Shown: positions 27,231-38,444 of the stretch, piece after piece
How positions within the stretch are numbered: the first letter of the stretch is position 1
How the letters are laid out: each line of letters starts with the position of its first letter
Assembly (NCBI GenBank): GCA_030141605.1
Contig: JAQGDQ010001490.1
Location: 1 to 38,444 of the forward strand
Length of the DNA stretch: 38,444 nt
Direction of reading: 5' to 3'
From: Tubiluchus corallicola
Lineage: Eukaryota > Animalia > Priapulida
The notes under the pieces: model-generated
Databases searched by the model: none
Told to the model about the DNA's origin: nothing
Seen by the model: only the letters and a program-made list of their open reading frames with translations
Position numbers and translations under genes: made by a program

Positions 27231-27450
27231 TCAGGTCATATCCTTCATGCAGGTGTACTTCATTACCTGTGCAAGGACAAGAAAGAGTTGCTGGTTCTTG
27301 CACGTTCTCGTAGGAAGCAAGTCCTAGCTTTAACGCATGACAAACCTACGGCTGGCCACTAAGGCATTAACAGCTAGAGTAATGCAAGAATATGAATGGC
27401 CACGCGTCAAGGGCAGTGTACGTCAGATTATCGAAGCATGTTTGCAAATC
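27231..27450 (+). mobile_element. Decayed Ty3/Gypsy-type integrase zinc-binding (HHCC) fragment
   Basis: Manual translation from 27231: ...GVLHYLCKDKKELLVLARSRRKQVLALTHDKPTAGH*G, then frameshift to TARVMQEYEWPRVKGSVRQIIEAC; matches the H-x5-GH-x-G...Y-x-WP...V...C pattern. Confidence 0.7.
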
Positions 27451-28161
27451 AGGCCCACTGTCCATGAATTACCAACATTACATTTCTGTTATAGTTACAA
27501 TTTCCTTAAAAGAATTAAAATTTCTTGTGTTAATGCACAGGCTCTGGCAGGGGGGGGGGGGGCGCTAACGCACATGTGTCCACAAAATTTCTTGTGAAAT
27601 TTTTTTTATGCTAAATAAAATTCTTTAGCAGTAAACCATGAAACACATGAACCTCTTTTTTGGCTGTGTAACCCCCAAGCAAAAAGCTGATCTGCATAGA
27701 GAAGTTATGTTTATTTATGTCACTTACATAGTGTCGCTTCTTTTATCTTTGTATCTTAATGTAATACCAATACTGTCCATGTGTGCGAAATAGAAGGATT
27801 CTTATTCTTTATTGATTTCGGTTGTCTGGACACTGTCCAGCATTGTCTCACTTTTAGCTCACTGTAACTTCTACACAGCAAAATGTGGATAGTCAAACGT
27901 AAGACTAATTTAAGACTGTTAAGTTTGCAGCCCACCCCCTGTTCATACATAATGAGAGATCCGCATTACAGTGTATTACTAACTTACTTTTAACATATAT
28001 GAGTAGTACAATAAAATACAATGAATATTACCTAGGTAAATGTAGATAAAATGAATTTATTAAAACATAATTTTTGACGCTTGAGAAAGTCTGTGTTCCA
28101 GAATTTAGATCTCATTTTCGGCCTCCAAAATGTGCTTAAAAACAGAAAAATATATTGGTAC

Positions 28162-28221
28162 CCGGGGCTCTGCTCGTGACCCCACTGGGGGACACCACCA
28201 CTGCCCCAGACCCCCTAGCTG
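28162..28221. repeat. GGGG/CCCC hairpin-type motif of a widespread non-autonomous repeat
   Basis: CCGGGGCTCTGCTCGTGACCCCACTGGGGG...CCCCAGACCCCCTAGCTG; element ends not defined. Confidence 0.45.
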
Positions 28222-28525
28222 CTTGTGCGTCAATTTTCTAAACTACTAGGCTCATGTGCCTTGGCAAATTCCATTCAATTTATGCTGCATCACAGAGGTC
28301 GTGATATGAATATGGCATATCGCATACATTCTTATTTATCAAGAAATGAATGTAAAAAGAATCTAAACAAATAGCATTGTTTTCACCGCAACCTTTGTTG
28401 CGCAGACTGCCCATTGTTTTCTTCCCGTGTCGCATAGCATGCATGAAAACAATGCGAACGTACAGTTTGTCAAAAGAATACACTTGGTCTCTAAACGATT
28501 TTCAGAATTTTGTTTTAACAGCAAG

Positions 28526-29111
28526 ATGGCATTACTAGCTATAGTTTGCCTGCTAAACTTAGTAAGTGCTTGCCTAGGTTGCATTGAAGCGTTTAATAAA
28601 ACAATTCAAGGTTGTGAATACCGTGACTGGCGTGGAAGACAAATCTGCGGTCTAAAATGTGAACAAATAGCTTGCAAACGTGAACTTGCAAGAATAGATA
28701 CCGATTTGGGAAGTATAGATGACCTACTTGCCGCTGTCGGAATACGAGACTACCAAGGAACTGAATTGCCAGATAATTTTTTTCAAGGAAAAGTAATGTC
28801 ACGTGGACACTTAATAATAGAGAGCTCCAACTTAGGTCGCTTGCATCGAAATTCGATAAATGGTCGTATAAAGGAAGTGGTTTTTTTCTGGACGAGTCTT
28901 TCTTACATACATCCGGAGGCATTCAAGAATGCAGAGGTCGAGGGAATTTACATCGCCTCTAACTCACAACTGAACGGAACTTTGGATTTAGATTTTTCTG
29001 CTAATCGGTACCTTAGTATATTGGTAATCTCAGATAACGGTATTCAAGGACTGAAGCCTCCTAAAATTCACAATAGTGTAGCAGCTGAAAATGTGACGAT
29101 TGAGCTAAGTG
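28526..29111 (+). CDS. First coding exon of a secreted or membrane leucine-rich-repeat-like protein (partial gene)
   Basis: Acceptor TTTTGTTTTAACAG ending 28521; ATG at 28526 in AAGATGG context; signal peptide MALLAIVCLLNLVSACLG; Cys-rich cap; LRR-like motifs ELPDNFF, LSYIHPEAF, LSILVISDNGIQGL, IELSG; donor G|GTAAG at 29111/29112. Confidence 0.75.
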
Positions 29112-29526
29112 GTAAGCTTTCAAAACAGAATAGTATTAACTATCTTACCCAGTGGGAAGACTGATTTAAGCCCGCTCAGCTCACAAGCCCACAGAACCAG
29201 TTCATTACCTCGTCTTTCAGGACATGAGTGGCATTAAAACTCAAATTCTCCTGCAAAGCTGGTTTTTCTCCCGCAAAGCTCTGCATTTTTCATAAGAAGA
29301 TAACCTCTATTGTCAATACACAGTTACAACTCTTGCCCTTGACCGTCCCGAGAGACGAGGTAATGAACCCGTTCTTTGGGCGTGTAAAAAATACGAACGC
29401 TGATTGGACAGCCGACAGACCTTGACTCAAAATGATTAATATTTTGTTTGATGTTTATTGAGATTGCAGGTGGCCAGATTGGTCACCATGCACAGGCCAT
29501 TCATTAAAGTTATACAATTACAGATC

Positions 29527-29559
<33 letters not shown>

Positions 29560-30035
29560 GCGTGTGCGTGTGCATGTGCATGTGTGCGTGTGTGCGTGTG
29601 TGTGTGCATGTGTGTGTGTGCGTGTGCGTGTGCATGTGTGTGGGTTCGTGTGCATGTGTGTGTGCGTGTGCATGTGTGTGTGCGTGCACGTGTGTGTGTG
29701 TGTGTGCGTGTGTGCATGCATGTGTGTGTGTGCACGTGTGTGTGTGTGTGCGTGTGCGTGTGCATGTGCATGTGTGTGTGTGTGTCTGTGTGTGTGTGCG
29801 TGTGTGCGTGCGTATGTCTGTGTGTGTCTGTGTGTGTGTGCATGCGTATGTCTGTGTGTGTCTGTGTGTCTCTGTGTGTGTGTGTGTGTGCGTGTGTATG
29901 TCTGTGTGTGTGTGCGTGCATGTGTGCGTGTGTATGTCTGTGTGTGTGCATGCGTGCGTGCATGTGTGTCTGTGTGTGTGTGCGTGCATGCGTGCGTGTG
30001 TGTGCGTGCATGTGTGTGTGCGTGTGTGTGTGTGT
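29527..30035 (+). repeat. Degenerate (TG)n array
   Basis: Directly visible. Confidence 0.95.
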
Positions 30036-30049
30036 TCAATTGATTAATT

Positions 30050-31065
30050 AATGAGTGAGTGTGTAAACAAATGAAGAAATGACTAAACGAATAAATGAAT
30101 GGGTATTTAGATAAATACATGTAGATAAATGAGTGAGTGAGTGTGTAAGTATGTGAGTGAGTGAGTGAGATTAAATGGTTGAATGAATGAATAAACAATT
30201 GAATGAATGAATGAGTGAGTCAATGAATGAATGAATGAATGAATGAATGAATGAATGAATGAATGAATGAAAATGAATGAATGAATGAATGAATGAATGA
30301 ATGAATGAATGAATGAATGAATGAATGAATGAATGAATGAATGAATGAATGAATGAATGAATGAATGAATGAATGAATGAATGAATGATTAAACGATTGA
30401 ATGAATGAATGATTAAACAATTGTATGAATGAATGAATGAGTGAGTGAGTGTGTGAGTGAGTGAGTGAGTGAGTGAGTGAGTGAATGAATGAATGAATGA
30501 ATGAATGAGTGATTGATTGATTGAATGTTTGAACGAATGAACGAATGAACGAATGAACGAATGATTGAATGATTGAATGAATGAATGAATGAATGAATGA
30601 ATGAATGAATGAATGAATGATTAAACGATTGAATGAATGAATGATTAAACGATTGTATGAATGAATGAATGAATGAATGAATGAATGAATGAATGAATGA
30701 ATGAATGAATGAACGAATGAACGAATGAACGAATGAACGAACGAGTGAATGAATGAATGAATGAATGAATGAATGAATGAATGAATGAATGAATGAATGA
30801 ATGAATGAATGAATGAATGAATGAATGAATGAACGAGTGAACGAGTGAACGAGTGAACGAGTGAACGAGTGAACGAGTGAACGAATGAACGAGTGAACGA
30901 GTGAACGAGTGAACGAGTGAACGAGTGAACGAACGAACGAACGAACGAACGAACGAACGAACGAACGAACGAACGAACGAACGAACGAACGAACGAACGA
31001 ACGAACGAACGAATGAACGAACGAACGAATGAACGAACGAATGAGTGAATAAATGAATGAATGAA
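30050..31065 (+). repeat. Compound (GAAT)n/(GAGT)n/(GAAC)n tetranucleotide array, ~1 kb
   Basis: Directly visible, with 8-bp sub-units GAACGAAT and GAACGAGT. Confidence 0.95.
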
Positions 31066-32198
31066 CTATTCAGTCTAATAGTTATTTGTTCCTTGCTCCT
31101 TTCTTTGAGACACTTTCCTATGTGTTGCTATAAACTGTAAAGCTGATTTATAACAAACAACTGAGTAATGCATATTGCACACCTGAGTTAATGCAGTCAT
31201 GCAGTCTAAGTAGCTAATAAGAAAATCATTTATACTGCAACAGGTGTTGAGACAAACAAATTACTTGATGAAGCCATTGAATATCAGGCAAATTCTCCTA
31301 CTGTAGTGGCTTCTGTAAAACTGGCATATAAACATCTTTTTACAGAACGAGGTGACAGCACAAATTAAATCTCCTTGCAGGCTTTATTGCCTTAAAATAA
31401 TTATTTCGTGAATTTTGACTCGAATATCAACGTCTTAGCAAATTTTCGATTACATGCGCCACCTTCTTTGTGCGTAGACTAGAATAAACGATAAAAAACG
31501 AACAGAACAGAGATCACGTGATATCGTAGATTTTGAAATTTGAAAAGGCATTTTTTAAAAGTTTTTGAACGCGATTTCTTGAATTCTTCTCATTTTTGAA
31601 CCATCGTGCCTCGTACATTCTTGACGTGGCTTCTAAGTGAAGAAAGCGGTGAAGAGGTTGAAAAGGCGCGTGACACCTCATTGTCGAAATGATGCACACG
31701 CGTGATTTGAGCTGAACATTTAATCTTGTTGAGTGGATTTGTACGGGAGGGTGTGCATAAGAAGTTAGTCGAAAATCTAAATTGTCGCTCCGTTTATCAC
31801 TGCATTAATGAAAGTAACAAGGCTTCAGTCATCGTTAATATTCTGTTGCAGTCTCTATCTTTGATTAATGTTCGTTTTTTTTCTATTTCAGACAATATGT
31901 AGAATTTAATTTCTTTTCTGAAGAATGCGACATCTATCGGCGCTAGTTGCACTAAGTCTTCTGTGCCCTCTAGCGTTAGGTAAGTACATTTTTTAATCTG
32001 CACTTGTGTATTTTGACCAAAATGTATACCATTCTATCAGAATTTTTCTTTTGTTTATCCCTCCTACACTTTTTTCTTTTTCTTTTCATGTTCTTCTTTG
32101 TTCTTTCTTCTCCTGTTTATGTTTAACTGACTTTTTTCTTCTTTATCTCTCTTCGTCGCCTTATCACTTACCATGTTCTTCGGCTTCACTCTTTGTTA

Positions 32199-32563
<365 letters not shown>

Positions 32564-33510
32564 TTTATATTTCAGAGACTTGAGTTCTGACCTCACATCT
32601 ACCGGTCTAGGTTGTCAGATAGGTGGTACTTATATAAATCACCTTATGTTTGCTGATGATGGATGTTTACTAGCATCCACTACCACTGCTTTACAAACTT
32701 TAGTTGATATGTATGTTGAATACACAAATAGTCATGACATAGTAATAAACGTCGACAAGACTAAACTCATAACAATTACACCCCCCAGTATGTGTGGGTT
32801 CAATTTCCGTTCACTTGAGGTAGCCGGTAAAATAATTATACCGTGTGAAACAGAAAAGTATCTTGGCCATATTATCACCAGTGATAACAAAGATGACATG
32901 GATGTTATCAGACAACGAAGTCTGTTTTGTGCTAGAGCGAACCGTATTCTTAGAAAATTTCATCATTGTTCACCTAATGTCAAAACTCATCTGTTCAACT
33001 CTTATTGTAATTCTTTCTACGGTATGGCCACCTGGCGACATTTTTATAACTACAGTCTCAGCAAACTTAAAGTAGCTCACAATGTTTCAAAACGAAAACT
33101 TTTCAACTACCCATATGATTATAGTTCTAGGACCATTTCAGTAGACCACGGCGTTTTATACTTTGATGTAATACATAGGAAAACTGCATACAGTCTATAC
33201 ATTAGAGTAATGCAAAGCTCAAATCTTCTCATAAACGCATTGAATAACAGTGAAGCATTTTACACTTCAGACATAAGAGACCAGTGGAGGAAAGTGTTAG
33301 GTAGAAATTATGAGTGACGACTCAGGTTGGGAGTATGATATTGTATATATATATATATATATATATATAGATTGTACTGTTATTTTATTTATTTATGTAT
33401 TAATTTGCATGTGTTAAGAGGAGGTGTTATAAGTATTGTATGTCGTGTAATTATTGTTTGTTATGTGTTCTATGAACTTGGTTCGAAATAAAGAGTTAAA
33501 TCAAAAAAAA
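32564..33510 (+). mobile_element. 5'-truncated non-LTR retrotransposon (CR1/L2 group, Daphne-like): RT C-terminal part, 3'UTR, tail
   Basis: GLGCQIGGTYINHLMFADD, NVDKTK, KYLGHII, LFNSYCNSFYG; stop at 33317; AATAAA at 33488 and short A-tail to 33510. Confidence 0.88.
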
Positions 33511-33530
33511 TCTCTCTCACTCTCTCTCTT

Positions 33531-33564
<34 letters not shown>

Positions 33565-33596
33565 CCTCTCTCTCCCTCTCCCTCTCTCTCTTTCTT

Positions 33597-33683
<87 letters not shown>
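33511..33683 (+). repeat. (CT)n microsatellite
   Basis: Directly visible. Confidence 0.97.
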
Positions 33684-33684
<1 letters not shown>

Positions 33685-33685
33685 A

Positions 33686-36216
<2,531 letters not shown>

Positions 36217-36529
36217 ATCCAAAGCAGTAATTTATTTATACCCCCCATCTTTCTCTCATTTACTCCTCATATCTGAATTTCTTTGATGGTATCATCGACA
36301 CATCACAGCGTAATCAAAGAAAAACACTCGGCTCCCTCTTTTAGTTTGTAAATAAACCAACCCGACCCCCTCGAGGGTATAGATTTTCGATAAAACACAG
36401 CAAACCGTGCCTGTGGAGAGCTCAGTTTAGCAATTTCTTCAAAATCCAGAATATGAAGTTGTAAGCAGAGAACAAGAAGCAAAATTGTAATAAGAAAGGG
36501 CGGATATGATTGAACTAATACTGCTTTTA

Positions 36530-36601
36530 GTTTAAACATAATTTATTTAGGATTGGATCAGACAGTTTGTACAACATGATTTAGGATCCTCACCACAACA
36601 G
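36530..36601 (-). mobile_element. Short 3'-terminal copy of the 25461-25767 element
   Basis: GTTTAAACATAATTTATTTAGGATTGGATCAGAC...CACCACAACAG. Confidence 0.75.
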
Positions 36602-36602
36602 T

Positions 36603-36665
<63 letters not shown>

Positions 36666-36671
36666 TCTCTA

Positions 36672-36753
<82 letters not shown>

Positions 36754-36754
36754 T

Positions 36755-36801
<47 letters not shown>

Positions 36802-36839
36802 ACTCTCTCTCTCTCTCTCTCTCTCCCACTCTCTCTCTC
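36603..36839 (+). repeat. (CTA)n then (CT)n microsatellite
   Basis: Directly visible. Confidence 0.95.
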
Positions 36840-36840
36840 A

Positions 36841-37275
36841 GTTTAAACATAATTTATTATAGGATTGGATCAGACAGTTTGAACAACATGATTTAGGATC
36901 CTCTCCACAACAGACTTTATACACTATTTACAAGAACATTTACAGTAAGAATAGACTATAACTACACAAGCAGACAAGTTTTACTACGAGATTACATTAG
37001 ACATTAGTAACATTTACAGTAAGAATAGACGATAACTACATAAGCTGACAAGTTTTACTACAAGATTACATTAGACATTAGTAACATTTACAGTAACAAT
37101 AGACTATAACTACACAAGCTGACAAGTTTTACTACAGTGATACGTTAGACATTAGTAGAAAATGACGGTTAGTAAACATTAATGTACGATTATTTAAGAA
37201 TGATGCATTTTACATCAGATAGAAACTACTTGAAGCGTTTAGTACGTAATATAAAGTCATGTATACATTGGAATA
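36841..37275 (-). mobile_element. Copy of the 25461-25767 element with an internal 74-bp triplication
   Basis: ACATTTACAGTAA recurs at 36936, 37010, 37084; ends at CATTGGAATA like the first copy. Confidence 0.78.
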
Positions 37276-37725
37276 TTTTACAGTTAGCAACATAGTTAAA
37301 TTCATCTTTTCCGAATAATAACAACTTCAACAGATCATTATTTCCTAAGGCAGGTATAATATTGCTTTTGAGGATACATTCATAATAATTTTGCAGAAAT
37401 GCTATTTACCTCGAATTTTCGAGTGTCGATTCTGCTAACTAAACAAGCAATACTCAAAAATTGCACAAAAAGATATTTTTACTAGGAGTAGGGTTACTTT
37501 AAAACGCTTGTTTGTTGTGTATATATTTAGAATACATTTTTCTGAACAGTTTTGTAGGGCGTACTAAGGTCAAAGAAGTGAATACAATAACATGAACCAT
37601 CGGGGCGAGAACTTTTTACGAAAAGTAGGGCAGGTTTATTTCAATTCAGGTTTATTGCACATGGTAAAGCAACCGTGTTAAAGGGTGTCCAAGCAGCTAC
37701 ATTTTTTGGTGGATAATTTAATGGC

Positions 37726-38369
37726 ACTATGGCCAAATCACGTTGAAAATACCGGTTCTCGTCTGATTACCGAAGTTAAGCAACGTAGAGCGTGGTTAGT
37801 ACTTGGATGGGTGACCGCCTAAGAATACCAGGTGCTGTAGACTTGCAGGATGCCCACACTGTATCTCGACACTAGGCGGAGGAGCTGCACAAGCAGCCAA
37901 CGGCTAGAGGGCAGAGGAGGTCAAGTGACCCAACGGCCATGTGTAGAGGAGTAAACCTTCCAAATCAGGAGTGGAGCCCCGAAGGCGGACCAGTGCAGCA
38001 TGCTCACTGACTCCGGCAGCTCCTGCAGCCATGTGTAGAGGAGTAAACCTTCCAAATCAGGAGTGGAGCCCCGAAGGCGGACCAGTGCAGCATGCTCACT
38101 GACTTCGGCAGCTCCTACAGCCAACCTGATGCCAAACGTATCGCTCCGCTTTCCTTTGGACTACACCAGGGAGGAAGAGAGGGGGTTCCTGTTGTCTGGG
38201 CAACTCAGGATCTCCATACACCTTGCCCAGGCGTGCGCCCTGGAGACGTTCAAAGATCGGACTGCTCAGCCACAGTCGACGCTGCAGCTCCATCAATGTG
38301 ATCAATAACTGACTCTCTTGGCGCACATTCCATTGTCTTCCGAGACAGAAGGATGCCAACCAACCAACC
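37726..38369 (+). mobile_element. Full-length 5S-rRNA-derived SINE with RTE-type 3' end
   Basis: ~119-nt 5S-like head (37726-37844) with A-box AGTTAAGC and C-box GGATGGGTGACCG, no oligo-T terminator; RSKIGLLSHSRRC coded at 38247-38285; (CCAA)n tail; 11-bp TSD AATTTAATGGC at 37715 and 38370; internal 92-bp duplication. Confidence 0.93.
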
Positions 38370-38444
38370 AATTTAATGGCGTCTTAATCACAGTATTTCA
38401 GATGTCTAACCACCTGGTCCCTACTACCTGAAGTCGTCTTACAT

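Noticed and set aside
28427-29164. Full 245-aa single-exon ORF as listed
   Set aside because: A splice acceptor precedes the signal-peptide Met at 28526 and a consensus donor lies at 29112, so the listed ends are probably intronic.
26399-30420. His/Thr-, Cys/Val- and FIHS-repeat ORFs
   Set aside because: Translations of (TG)n and (GAAT)n microsatellites in multiple frames.
37726-37844. Functional 5S rRNA gene
   Set aside because: No oligo-T terminator, substitutions in conserved positions, and it continues into a SINE body with tail and TSD.

Overview
AT-rich, repeat-dense animal genomic DNA, probably from an invertebrate (inferred from the 5S-like sequences and element types). The first ~24 kb is a giant nested palindrome: positions 1-10212 and 12972-23688 are inverted copies of one unit. 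That unit is itself bounded by an inverted 0.6-0.9 kb module containing exact 100-bp sub-repeats, so the module occurs four times in alternating orientation. The second unit is capped at both ends by outward-facing heads of a 5S-rRNA-derived SINE with an RTE-type tail; a complete copy of that SINE with an 11-bp TSD lies at 37726-38369. Each arm carries a 37-bp minisatellite, a CR1/L2-type LINE 3' end, a solo-LTR-like element with heat-shock elements and compound microsatellites. The spacer holds 72-bp and 34-bp tandem arrays. The right part has a hAT MITE, a decayed Gypsy integrase fragment, one likely host coding exon (signal peptide plus LRR-like, 28526-29111), large microsatellites, and 5'-truncated non-LTR elements inserted into a (CT)n field. 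Most listed ORFs are microsatellite artefacts. No database searches were possible; family assignments come from motif recognition.
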